Assembly (NCBI RefSeq): GCF_009914755.1
Contig: NC_060947.1
Length of the DNA stretch: 64,000 nucleotides
Reading direction: 5' to 3' (one strand)
Source: the human T2T-CHM13v2.0 reference genome, Homo sapiens
In this document: one piece after another, positions 39,473 to 53,390 of the stretch
Numbering within the stretch: the first letter of the stretch is position 1
Layout of the letters: each line of letters opens with the position of its first letter
Made by a program: the position numbers and the translations under genes
The notes under the pieces: model-generated
What the model was told of the DNA's origin: nothing
The model's input: the letters and a program-made list of their open reading frames with translations, nothing else
The model's database searches: none

Positions 39473-40063
39473 TGAGTGTCAGCGCAGAAGTGTTGTTTCA
39501 CCATCCTCAGGTCAGGGTCAACTTTCTCTTCACACCAAAACCAGTCTAAGAATTGCAGTGCCATCTTGCAAAACTTAATGCATATTCAACTGTAGATGTC
39601 TTTCTCTCCCTGAGGTTTGCCCATTAATGGGCAGATTTATTAGGGTGTAGTAGATTGCTTCCTATATATCATAGGGTTGAATGGAGTTATTGTCAATGTT
39701 CTTGGATCTGCCCTCTTACTCTTCCCGTGATCTGTGTCTTTGGGTTTATGCACTTAGCCATCCTCCCTTTCTTTTCTAGCATACTTGAGATTTTTTGCTC
39801 ACACCTGCATCTCTGCAGTATCTCAGCTGACCTCCCTGGCTTAGGTCTCTTCCCCATTGGCCTTATTCCTTTGTAGACAGATGAGCTGTCATCTGATACG
39901 GACTTATCACAGTTCTTCAGTGCCATCTTCCCTTAGTGCTGTTCACTGTGTAATTCTTCAAGTCTGACTTCCCCAGTTAGGTGTTTGGGAGCAGGTGTTT
40001 GCATGTGCTTCTTGAGTTTTCTCATGGCTTAAACCGGGACTGAATGTATTGCAAGCATTTTAA

Positions 40064-40288
<225 letters not shown>

Positions 40289-41532
40289 AGCACTGTTTCA
40301 GATGGAAAAATATAAACTATTTTTTTCTGAGCGATACATTAAACTATTTTCCCCAGATTGAATTGCACTCATGATGTAATGGGAACTTCAAGTGGGTAAT
40401 CACACTTTTTCCTTCACTTAACGAAGGATACTATGCACTGTTCACTTTTGACTTGTGTTGTACCTTGCAGTTTATAGCAGATCATTTTGTTTTCTTCCTA
40501 CTTAGCTTAAGTGGGAAGCAGTCTCTCAGTTTTTCCTTTACCTGCAGTATTGTCTGTATATTTCATCTCGAAAAGCCTGAACAACCTCTGAAAAAGAGCT
40601 TTTAAAAAGTGATGAAAGTTGCTTTTTTTTCTTACTATTTTCTCAGGAATACTCCAGAGATGTAAAGCCTGAGAGTCCATGGTGATGCTCAAGAGCTTTC
40701 ATCTGGCCAAATATTTTAACTAAAGCTGTTCATTATAAATAAGAGGTGATTATACCTTTTTTAAAAAAAGTTACCATTATTTCTAAAGCCCCTATGGTAT
40801 GATTGTGACCTTTAACAAAATGCAAAGGTATACACTGGAAAGGTACTCAGCAAAATTCTCTCCAAATTCTGATTTATATGAATTTCTTGGACTGGATAGA
40901 GTACTTTCAACTATACCTTCCTTTGGAACATACCTTTTAAAAAATGTTCCCTTTAAATCCTGTTATTCTAATATGTAACTCTGCTCCCAACAAACAGGTC
41001 TCCTCATTGTCCTTGGCATTTGACAAGTTATCCCAACTTCGAATCTCATTTCTTCCTTTGCTGGCAGCCTCCACCCTTCCCCACATCAGTCGGCCTAATC
41101 CAAACCTTGAAAGCCTGGCTTAAGTCCCAGTATCAGTGATGGTCCCCCTCTAAAACATGATTTTATATTTGGCTGAGTGTTAAAATTCACAAGATGAGCA
41201 TTTTTTTCCCAGATGGAGAACGCTTCAACTCAGTCTAGATTTTTTTTGTTTGTTTTAAGGAAGCTCTAAGTTTGCCATTGAAACTTTTTGTACCAGTAAT
41301 CCATAAACTGGTTGTTCTATTTATAGCAGCATGTTACAAATGACTGCTTTTTTTTTTTAACTGTCTATACTATTAAATCCTTTAATTTATCCTGAATGCT
41401 GTAGTGTTAAATTAGTGGATGAAATTGGCAGTCTGTGGGTGATTAATTTGGTATGGATTTGTCAGTTTTGTGTGGAGTTTAAGAAATAGAACAGCCTTAA
41501 ACTCTACATTTCAAAATACTTGTATATTTTAA

Positions 41533-41538
41533 AATAAA
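41533..41538 (+). terminator. HCCS: HCCS distal polyadenylation signal AATAAA (3' UTR ~40289-41556)
   Basis: AATAAA preceded by a TGTA element (41521) and followed by a GT/T-rich tract (CAGGTTTTG...TTTTT). Confidence 0.8.
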
Positions 41539-41629
41539 GCTGATTAGTTCACAGGTTTTGAAAATTTTTTGGAATAATTTTACACTTAACGATTGTTTCT
41601 TCAGACGTATTATCTTTATAAAACCAATG

Positions 41630-42151
41630 CTTTATGATAGAATGATTTATAACCCAGCACACATATGTTTATTGCAGCACTGTTCACAATAGCAAAGACT
41701 TGGAACCAACCCAAATGCCCATCAATGATAGACTAGATAAAGAAAATGTGGCACATATATACTACAGAATACTATGCAGCCACAAAAAAGGATGAGTTCA
41801 TGTCCTTTGCAGGGACATGGATGAAGCTGGAAACTATAATTCTCAGCAAACTATCACAAGAACAGAAAACCAAACACCGCATGTTCTCAAGAGTGGGGGT
41901 TGAACAATGAGAATACATGGACACAGGGAAGGGAACATCACTGGGGCCCGTCTCGGGGCCGGGGGGGGGTGGGGGGGGTTGGGGGGGGTGGGGAGGAGGC
42001 TAGTGGAGGGATAGCATTAGGAGAAATACCTAATATAGATGACGGGTTGATGGCTGCAGCAAACCAGCATGGCATGTGTATACCTATGTAACAAAAGTGC
42101 ACGTTCTGCATATGTACCCCAGAACTTAAAGTATAATAATTTTTTTTTAAA
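41630..42151 (+). mobile_element. 5'-truncated L1PA with a micro-inversion, just downstream of the HCCS polyA site
   Basis: Sense L1PA 3' end (GCACACATATGTTTATTGCAGCAC...CCCCAGAACTTAAAGTATAAT). TSD-like AAAA(C/A)CAATGCT at 41620-41631 and 42152-42163. Confidence 0.92.
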
Positions 42152-42206
42152 AAAAACAATGCTATAGTCTCCCTACTCCAAGCAGCCACTTTTTCATCTA
42201 CTAATC

Positions 42207-42501
<295 letters not shown>

Positions 42502-43081
42502 CTAATCACATATTTTTAAACTGTAGAGGAAAATAATTACTGTTGGCATTTTTTGGGGGGGTCTTAAGTGCTATCGAATGAGTGTGGGATAAGACATTCT
42601 TATGAAAGACAAAACACTAACTGGAAACAAAAAATATGCCAAAGGCAGGATTCACCTGTTTTATAGGACTGTGGTAAACAAGCTTTAAACTCAAGCAAAC
42701 TTGATGACAAGATCAAGTTTTATACATCGTTTTACTACTTCCAGAAAAAACCATGGCTTCCTGGATTGTCAGAGCTGCTTTGTGTCTAGATTATGCTTGA
42801 TTGGGTCCAGGGGTCAATACTGATAGGAGTTTTCGTGTACAGCTTGAAACTCATTTAGGATATTCTCTGGAGTTTTAAACTAAGTCTTGTGTCTGTGGAA
42901 ATAGCACTATTCAGAATCAGAACAAATTACTGAACATCAGGCTAAGTATTGGCAGACAAGCTGGGGCTACAAATGGATTGCATATTAACATTTAGTATTC
43001 CTGTCAGTCACTGGCTAACAAAATGTTTATGTCCCCTTTGTGCATCGTATAAGGAATACAAAATTGCAAAAGGTATAACCC

Positions 43082-43435
43082 TGATATGGTTTGGCTGTGG
43101 CCCCACCCAAATCTCACCTTGAATTTTAATAATCCCCACGTGTCAAGGGCAGGGCAAGGTGGAGATAATTAAATCATGGGGGCAGTTTCCCCTATACTGT
43201 TCTCCTGGTAGTGAATAAGTCTCAGGAGATCTGATGGTTCTTTAAATGGGAGTTCCCCGCACAACTTCTTTTGCCTGCTGCCACGTAAGACATCCCTTTG
43301 CTCTTCCTTCGCCTTTCACCATGATTGTGAGGCCTCCCCAGCCATGTGGAACTGTGAGTCCATTAAGCTTCTTTCCTTTATAAATTACCCAGTCTTGGGC
43401 ATGTCCTTATTAGCAGCATGGGAACAGACTAATAC
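43082..43435 (+). mobile_element. THE1-family MaLR solo LTR
   Basis: TGATATGGTTTGGCTGTG...CCCACCCAAATCTCA...GAACAGACTAATAC. Confidence 0.92.
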
Positions 43436-44284
43436 CCCTACTTGCAGGGAACTCAACAATCTTATGGACAGTCTATAAATGAAATGGTGGTAAATGCTAG
43501 AACTCCAATTTAAGGAACACATTGTGGTAACACACAGTGTGAGAATTCACGTAAGTATTTTTGAATATTTAGAGATAGTTACCAATTTCTTTACTGAGTC
43601 ATCATTATGGTTTATCTTCTCCCAGAGATTGCTTCTTAGGGAAAATGAAGCAATGCACATTTCCTGTCTCACCTTTGCAGTGACTGTCAGAATTGTATGA
43701 CCCGTCATTTGTGTCACCATAGGCTTGAGGCTGTGTGTGTGATGATTACAAATGTGTGTCCTGGAGGCAGAGTCCTTGCCCTGCCCTTTAGTCGCTGTGT
43801 GATCTTAATGTCTCTGGGCCTCAGCTTTCTCGGCTATGAAATGAGAGTAATAGAACCAACTTATCAGAGTTGTTTTGCAGGTACTTTGAGGTGATGCCTA
43901 AAAGCGCTGGGAACAGAGTCTGTGGGTGGAAATGTTCAGCAAATATTAGCTATCACCATTGATCAACAACAGCAAGGAGAGAAATCAAAGTGCTGAGATA
44001 TAATCTACTTCTCTCATCCTCTGGCCTTATTCCCCGCCCCACTCCGCCACCAGGAGAATCAGTTTAGAGGGGTAACAGCAGGCTCTAATCCCCATTTTGA
44101 TCAATTTTAAGGATTACCAGGTGTTTGGGTGCTTGCTCTAAGAAAGCTCATGTTATTTAAAATCATCAAATGGAAAAAGAACAGGTTACAGCCTTTGATC
44201 TTTCAAAAAATATCAGGGTAACAAATTAGGTACTTGATATGCAAGTCCCACTTGACAAAAAGAAATATTATATTAAGACAGATA

Positions 44285-44520
44285 CCCAAGCTGGAGTGCA
44301 CTGGCATGATCTCGGCTCAATGCAACCTCTACCTCCTGGGTTCAAGTGATTCTTGTGCCTCAGCCTCCTGAGAAGCTGGGATTACAGGTGCCTACCACCA
44401 CACTCAGCGAATTTTTTTGTATTTTTAGTAGAGATGGGGTTTCACCATGTTGGTCAGGCTGGTCTTGAACTTCTGACCTCAAGTGATCCACCCACCTCGG
44501 CCTCCCAAAGTGCTGCGATT
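44285..44520 (-). mobile_element. Alu fragment lacking both ends
   Basis: Antisense Alu body without poly(T) or 5' terminus. Confidence 0.9.
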
Positions 44521-44779
44521 CTTGTGCTTCTTAATCTAAAATATAGCTCACTGTAATGTCCTTTGGGTCACAAGGTTATCCCCCTCTGTGAAAATATATT
44601 ACATATCCGGATTCAAAACATATTACAAGGTTGTTTACTGCAAAGAAAAAGATCAAAAATTATTTCAAAAGCCATGTATATTCCTTGTAACTTAAGGTAA
44701 CATTTAAAAAATTATATAATTTGGGGGGTATATAGTATATCAAAATGAAGCATATGAATTATGCCTTGCGCCACTCATG

Positions 44780-45025
44780 ACAAATAATATCACGTTTTCA
44801 TTTATAAGTGGGAGCTAAATGATAAGAACACAGAGGGGAACAGCACACACTGGGGCCTATTGGAGGGTGGAGGGTGGGAGGAGGGAGTGGCTTAGGAAAA
44901 ACAGCTAATGGGTACTAGGCTTCATACCTGGGTGACAAAATAATCTGTACAACAAACCCCCATGACACAAGTTTACCTATGTAACAAGTGTGCACATGTG
45001 CCTCTGAACTTTAAAAAGAAAAACA
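44780..45025 (+). mobile_element. L1PA/L1PB 3' end fragment
   Basis: TATAAGTGGGAGCTAAATGAT...ACAACAAACCCCCATGACACAAGTTTACCTATGTAACAA. Confidence 0.88.
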
Positions 45026-45996
45026 TTTACTGCTGCAGTAGAGATTGTCACTGTACCTTCAGTAAAATTTCATGCCATTGGTGTAAGTGGTAAAGTGTCT
45101 ATTTCATGCTTGTGCACTCTCTAGTTTGGAAGAAAAAGCTGACAACACTTTCTGCAAATGATTCAACCGGAGGTTTATACATCACATTGCAAGTATTCTA
45201 ATGTTTTTGTGGAATCATACCAGATGCAGGAGCAAACATAGTTCCTAAGACTGGTTTAGGGAATGAGGCATGTACATATGGGTGCTATCTTGTATTTATA
45301 ATTAGCTTTTCATTGATGCTTTTACACACCAAAGGTCATATGTGATAGGGGCACAGAAATAATACATCTTGAGTGTTGTAACAGAGGAATTGTGAGACAA
45401 GTCTTCACAATCATAGACGAGTGAAGTCCTAAAGAACAATGAAAAGTTACTATTTTGAAAGTTACTATTTTGGAGCTCTGTGCAGAATCATCATTTAAAC
45501 ACTTTGCTATTCCTTCTACATTTGGGATAACAATGTGACTAATTCCCGTGCCCCTTCAATGGTTTGCTATAGAATATTATCAGGATGCTTTTGGCTTCTA
45601 GTAAGTGAATCCCTGCTTGAACTCACAGCCAGAAGTGCAGAGGTTGGGTGTACACTTGGTTGATCCTGCTTCTCTGGACTCCCTTTCCTTCCATGTTCAA
45701 TTTTAACTTCATCCATGTAGGGCTGGTTCCTTTCATCAGCGTCAATGCTTCCTAGTTGCTTTGAGATCCTTGTTTATGGTCAGTAGATATGAGGTGGGGT
45801 GGGACCCGGCCATCTACCACAACCATGGGAAATAAGGTTTCTCTTCAGTCTAATTGGGCCAATTCAGCACTGGGCCTGTGTCCTACCACCCCTCCCATTT
45901 TATGTTCCTGTGCGTGCTTCATGCTTAGATTAGCTCAGACAAATCATCAGGAGGACATGTAGTGACCACAAGAGGATTCCTTCACTGCTGATTTAA

Positions 45997-46407
<411 letters not shown>

Positions 46408-46739
46408 TAAAACAAGATTTGAGAGCTTTGTTTCTGCACTGATTCCCTGTGTTAAGCTGGGAGATTTGGGACAAGCCACCTTAGGCCTGTAAGTCTCAAT
46501 TTCCTGAAATTATCTTAAAGGCTCCTTTCATACCAAAATGTTTGTGGCCTCATATTACAATGGGCTGAATTATGTCATCTTTCAGGTTGAGAATCTTTAA
46601 GTTAAGGGAAAACAATGTGGTTTGAAACCCTATTTCAAACTAGTTTTTATATAAACTACATCAGTAGACACACTCTTAAAAGACCTACACTTAAGCGAAT
46701 TCCAAGTTAACCAGTGCTTTCCTTTCCCTCTATAAAATG

Positions 46740-47185
46740 TGCTGGCTTGGAAACAATTCAAACATTCACCAATTAGTAAATGGATAAATACATGTTGGTA
46801 TATCCATGCAATGGAATATTATTCACCCATAAAAATAAATGAAGTACTGATAAATGCTACAATATGGATGAACCCTAAAAACATTGTGCTCAAAGAGGCC
46901 AGAAACAAAAGGCCACTTTCGTATGATTCCATTTATTTGAAACCCTCAGAATAGGCAAATTTATAGGGGCAGAAAGCAGATTCGTGGTTGTCAGGGCTGG
47001 TGGAGGAGGAATGGGGAGTGACTGCTAATGGACGTGGGAGTTTCTTTTGGGGGTGATTAAAAAATGCTCTAAAATTGATGGTTGCACAACTCTGTGACTA
47101 TACTAGAAACCATTGAACTGTATACTTTAAATGAGTGAATTGTGTGGTTTGTAATTATAGCTGTTTTTAAAAATGAAAAAGAAAT
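46740..47185 (+). mobile_element. L1MB-type 3' end
   Basis: TGGTATATCCATGCAATGGAATATTATTCA...GATGGTTGCACAACTCTGTG...GTGAATTGTGTGG. Confidence 0.85.
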
Positions 47186-47707
<522 letters not shown>

Positions 47708-48139
47708 TTAGAAAATATCATAAAAATCAGAATAATTTTTCACTCACTGCTTTGTAGTCGTTTCTTAAATTTGCTGTTAAAAAAAAAAAAAGCCCTGGAA
47801 CTGGAAGAATAGATGATGCACAGTGGATGTGGTTCATCCACTGTGCATTAGTAAGAAGGATGAAGTGGCACTGCTGACCCACCGCACCCAGAGATGCAAA
47901 AGGCCTTGGCTCCTTGTTGAAAGATTAGTAAATGATGTACATTTATGCTTTCAGGTAAAATGTAACATGTGATCATTTTATGATTTCTAGTTTCAGCTGG
48001 ATTTTTTTAAAAGTATGATTTGACATTGTTCAGGCCAAGCATTGCCTTAGAACAGCATTTTGGATCTTGCTGCCTTTCCCCTTCCACCTCTCTCCCTTTT
48101 GTGGTTTCCCCAGCAAGATGCTTTTCAAGCTTTTGTGTA

Positions 48140-48300
48140 CTATGTATCAGAATCCCCTAGAGGGCTTGTTAAAACGCAGATGGCTGGGCCCCCACCCAGA
48201 ATTCCTGATCCTGTATGCCTGGGGCGGCTGAGAATTCTTGTTTCTAACGAGCTCCCAGGAGATGCTGATGCTGCTGGGCCAGGGGGCCCAATTTGAGCTT
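48140..48300. mobile_element. MER5A
   Basis: ATCAGAATCCCCTAGAGGGCTTGTTAAAACGCAGATGGCTGGGCCCC...GATGCTGATGCTGCTGG. Confidence 0.85.
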
Positions 48301-48784
48301 CACTTTCCTCTGGCATCTTTTGAATCCTTTGAGCTTCCATCCACCCCCATCTTTGTGATGCATTTACAGTTGCCTCATAGTCACATAGCCGTGGGTCGAA
48401 GTTCCCATGCAGAAGATGCAAAAGCAAATCTTAAATGTAAATGCCACTTCCCCAATTTTGCTTATTTTCCATTTCTTCTTTAAGTCCTCCTGCTCCCCTC
48501 ACTTCTGAATGTTGCCTGATTACACCTTTGTTTTGCTTTAATAATGAAAAGCTTTCCTCTGAAAGTTCATTTCTTCATATGACTTCTGTAGGTGATGATA
48601 GTGGGGGCAGGAAGATAATGGGGTGAAGACAACAGCCTCCCAGACTGGGTAACAGAAGGTCCCTCTTAGTGTACGCTGCTTCTATGAGAATTGTTGTCTC
48701 AAAAGGAAAACGCTTTCTTGGTAGCACTCACTGGAGAAGGAAAGGTGCTCTGGGTGATTCCTGCTACTTGACCTTTGCTCAACA

Positions 48785-49243
48785 CATTAGTTTGCTGTGG
48801 CTGCCATAACAAAGGGCCATAAATGTAGTGGCATAAGCAACAGAAATTTATTCTCTCACAGTTCTTGAGGACAGAAGTCCAAGATCAAGGTGTCAGCAGG
48901 GACATGCTCCCTCTGAAGGCTCTAGGGAAGGATCTGTTCCAGGCCTTTCTCCCAGCTTCTGGGATTTCTTTCACATCGGGCAGCATAACTCCAGTCTTCA
49001 TATGGTGTTTTCTGCATGCACGTGTGTGTGTGTGTGTGTCTGTGTCTGTGTGTGTCTGTGTCTGTGCCCCAACATCCCCTTGATTTTTAGGACACCAGCC
49101 ATATTGGATTAGGGCCCACCCTAATGACCTCATCTTAACTTGATCATCTGCAAAGACTCAATTTCCAAATAAGATCACATTCACAAGTACTGGGGGCTAG
49201 GACTTCCACATTTTTGAGGGGAACACAATTCAACACTTAACAC
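48785..49243. mobile_element. MLT1-family LTR containing a (TG)n/(TGTC)n tract at 49022-49066
   Basis: GGCTGCCATAACAAA...AAGTCCAAGATCAAGGTGTCAGCAGGG...GAACACAATTCAAC. Confidence 0.85.
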
Positions 49244-49897
49244 TCACATTTTCAGAATGACTGTGAAGAAATTCATCCAGGGTCAGGCCAGCTCATTTAT
49301 CTGGTACCTGTCACTGCTGAATTGCTCCACTTGTGCTCACTTGCACACTTTGCTGGGCCATGACATTGCAAACCAGTGTGGTTTGGCCCCTGTATTGGCA
49401 AAAGGGTGAACCCAGAAGGCTTCACCCTTTTGCGAAGCTCAATGTGCTCCTGGCCCTTCCACAGACTGCATGAGCAGCTCATGCATGCCTCTGATGGAAG
49501 TCTCTTGGTGAGAGAAGAGGGGGAGGGCAAGATAATTGTCTGATCCCCTGCAAAGCATCAGGAATGAAAAAGAGCCAAGTGGCTCATCTGTCCCAATGTT
49601 CCTTTCATGATTGACTTTCCCCAGCAGATCCTGGGCCCAGACCCTTGGTGTCTGACCAAGTAAAGGGATATGACTAGAAGAAGACACTGAACACTGACCC
49701 TCTATGTTTCTTTCCTGCAGAAAAAAGCCTGTTTCTAATCCCTTCTCTAATTCATTTACCTTCTAAGGAAATGAAGTCATCTCCTTTGTGCAGAAACAAG
49801 AAACAGCTTTGGCCTTCCCCTACTGGACATTTGAGGGTTCTGTTCTCCTTTTCATTCATTGCCCAACATTACATTTGATCTTGGAACTAAGCAAATG

Positions 49898-50230
49898 GCT
49901 TAGTCTGTTGGGGCTGCTATAACAAAACACCATAAACTGGGAGGCTCATAAGCAACAGAAATGTGTTTCTCACATTTCTGGAGCCTGGAAGTCCAAGGTC
50001 AAAGCACTGACAGATTTGGTGCCTGGTGAGGGCTTCCCGCTTCATAGACGGTGCCTTCTCACTGAGTCCTCACATGGCAGAAGGGGCGAAGGAGCTGGAG
50101 CCTCTTTTGAAGAGCATTAATCCCATTCATGAGGGCTCTACTCTCATGACCTCATCACCTCCCAGAGTTCCCACGTCCTAATACCATCACCTTCCGGGTT
50201 AAGTTTCAATATATGGATTTTGAGGGGACA
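49898..50230. mobile_element. MLT1A-like LTR
   Basis: TTAGTCTGTTGGGGCTGCTATAACAAAACACCATAAACTGGG...AACATTCAGACTCTAGCA. Confidence 0.85.
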
Positions 50231-50942
50231 CCAACATTCAGACTCTAGCAGTAAGAGAAGCACACACTAAAAGATAATGCCAGAGAAACAGTGACTCAGA
50301 CATAAGAATACAAAAAAATATGATGGCAGAAATAGAAACACAGGAAGAAAAGTATGGAAGGAAATAAGTGGAACAGGTTTTGCATATCATAAACATTGCT
50401 CATACTCCCTGGGATGGAGCAAGGTACAGTTTTACCTTATTTTACATTTTGGAATTATGTTCCGATGGAAAAGAGCTCTGTGGAGGAGTTAGGAACTTCG
50501 TAAAATGGCCTCAGGCAAAAGGCCCTTTAACCTCCTTGGGCCTCAGGTGGCTCACCTGTACTATGAGGGGCTTCCTGTTCTGAAACTGGGTCCTTCTCTT
50601 TATCTAGCAAAGAACGTGACCAGATCTGCCTACATCATTTGCAAGTTCCAGTGGAAAATGAAAATGTGGGGCTGCTTGTTCAAAAGTATGAAAATTCCAA
50701 GATGGCACTGACAGAGTATTCAAATAGGTGCTGGGCTCTTCCAAGCATGGGGTCCTCTGTGACTGCAAAGGAAACCAACCCTAATTGTGACCACACCATC
50801 CCTGATTTCTGCCAAGTTCTTTCTAAGGTGTTTGCTCCACTTCCAGAGACTGTCTTTCCTGTTTGGGGTTTAACTTCAAAATCCAAGCAGCATTTTGTGC
50901 TATGGTCATTTCTCTGACTTTTCACCCTGGGACAGACAGAAT

Positions 50943-50997
50943 GATGGATGGATGGATGGTTGGTTGGTTGGATGGATGGATTGATTGATTGATTGAT
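50943..50997 (+). repeat. Compound (GATG)n(GTTG)n(GATG)n(GATT)n microsatellite
   Basis: Read directly. Confidence 0.9.
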
Positions 50998-52569
50998 TTA
51001 TCTATTGATAAATTTATGCAACGATTTATGGTTTGCCTACCAGACACCAGACACTGGCACATTTGCTGGATTTGTGGGACTTGACAGCATCTGCTGCCCT
51101 TCTTGCAGTACAGTTTACAAGAGTGACCATTTTATTAGCTGAGATATCTTTGAAGGCAGATTTGGACTTGTCTTATCTGTCTTTCTAATGGGCTTGGAAG
51201 CCAGTAGGCCACTGGTAAATATTGACTAGATAAGTTATTGGATGAATCCATCAACCAACCAATTGACCTAATAAAGCCATTGCATGGCTATTATAGCTGT
51301 ATGAGCCAAAGGAAAATCTAAAGATAATGCTAAACTAATTAAGTGCAAGGTGTCAAATTAATAAATACGCAAATTGAATATTCTTAAGTATAATTCAACC
51401 AGGAGAGTTCAATGACTAAATCACACCCATTTTTCCCTGTGGTTTTGCTATCCAAAACTTTTCAAAAATAAAACCCTCTTTAGACCTTTTTAAATTTCAG
51501 CTTTAATTTCCCTTACTTCAGTAGGAAATGGGCAGGGAACCCAGAGCCCTTCAATGCTCCCCTGAAGCTGTGGATCATCCCGGAGGCAGGAGCCCTCCCC
51601 AGGGGATGGTCCAGCTAAGCCCTCTTCTTTATGAGAGATACCCAGGGGCTCCAATAAATAACCACAGAGCTTTGTTCATAGACTCTGCATTATACAAACA
51701 GCAGGTGGCACAGTTGGATGGCCTGTGACCAAATCCTGGTTCTGCACCTTCTAGATGTATGGCTTTGGGCAACTCATTTAATGTCACTTTGAGCCAATTG
51801 TGCCCTCTGGAAAATGAGGGGGTTAAATGAGTGAAAGTGCACAAAACACTGAGACTAGAGCAGAAGTTGTTAATAAATGTTAGTTACTACTACTGCATTT
51901 CACCACAAGCTTCCCAATTTTTGTTTCTAAAATGGTCTCACATAGGACACCAATTACACTGCCATTTGTCGAATATTTGTTATGTGGCTAGCACTGCTCT
52001 ACGTATTGTTTCATATAATCCTCAGAAGAATCCTGGCAGTTTGGTGTTTTTATGCTCCAACTATTCTGATAAAATGGAGAGTCTGCAGATTAAAGCAACT
52101 TTCTTGAGGTCACCCAGCTGATAAATGGGAAAGACAGCAATCAAACCTTGTTCTCTTGGATGCTGAGGCCCATATCTTGAAACATCCTTGTCTTTTTGAT
52201 CACTAAGTATCTATTGCATGCTTACCAGGGAGCATAGAACTATACATTTACTTATGTCATTTACCATTCAAATTTTCATCTTAAGAATGGAAAGCCACCC
52301 ACTTCCTCTGTCCCATACAGTACAGAGCTGAGGTGGTACATCTCTGCAGAGGAGGGCTGGTTGAGAGACCATGTCTCTGTGCTTGCCATCAGCGTCTCCT
52401 CAGACTGTCTCCTTCTTTCTTCAAAAATCTATTTTTATTTGGAAAATATATCACTATCTCTGCATTTGCCACGTGGATCATTGGATGAATCTACCAATAT
52501 TGGATTAATACAAGTTGACAGACATGTATTTTTCCTCTACTCCATGGTAAGCTGCTTGGTCATATTTAC

Positions 52570-53385
52570 ACGCATACATTCAGCAAAATTTTATCAAATG
52601 CCAACTGTGTGTCAGGTACCCCAGTTCTGAGGGTGCAGAAAAGAAATACATGGTCCCCACCCTCAGGGACAGAGAGGAAACAACGTCCATATAAAAGAAT
52701 AAGACAGTAACTGTAATGCACAGCAATGCTTGCTCACACTGCCACATGGCAAAGGGCCAGAATAAGCTGTGTAGAATCATGTTTGTAGGAAGGGAAGGTT
52801 TGAGCTGATTTTGCCGGGAAAATAGCTTCCAATTGTGTAGGAAAAGCAGGGAAGAGCATTCGATACCCTTGGAACAAAAATGCAAAAGTGTGCTCTGCAC
52901 ATGGGAATGAGGTTTTCTGTACATGGCCAGAGTATGGGGTGCCATGCTTGGGAGAGATAAGAGGCAGAGGTAGATGAGACCAGATCGCGGAGTATGTTGA
53001 TGTTATGGTGGGGTATGGACTTTGTCCTGTATATCTGGGAGCAGGAGGGCATCAATGGTTTTTCAGCAGTGATGGGCCTCTGACATAATGTGCGCTTCAG
53101 AACTATAAACTGTGGCAGTATGGAGGAGGGGTGGGAGGCCAGAGATGGAAGGGCCCACTCTGAGTGGGGTGGACAAACAGTAAACATGTGCACAGTAGGG
53201 CAACAAGAGGGGGATCGCAGGCCAGGCTGCTGGTGGGGAGCAGGAAGCGGTGCTCTGCATAAAGATAGGAGTGGTGGCTGGTGAGAACATGGCTTACTGG
53301 TCCTTCAGGATGGTTGAGGCATCCAGGGGACATTCAGCGAGAATGTCAAACAGATCACTGGGGAATGGGTGGGGTATTAAGGTTG
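52570..53385 (-). mobile_element. L2 fragment (MIRs at ~51700-51890 and ~51950-52180)
   Basis: CATTCAGCAAAATTTTATCAAATGCCAACTGTGTGTCAGG is an antisense L2 3' end, followed by a purine-rich L2 body. Confidence 0.7.
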
Positions 53386-53390
53386 GAGAT

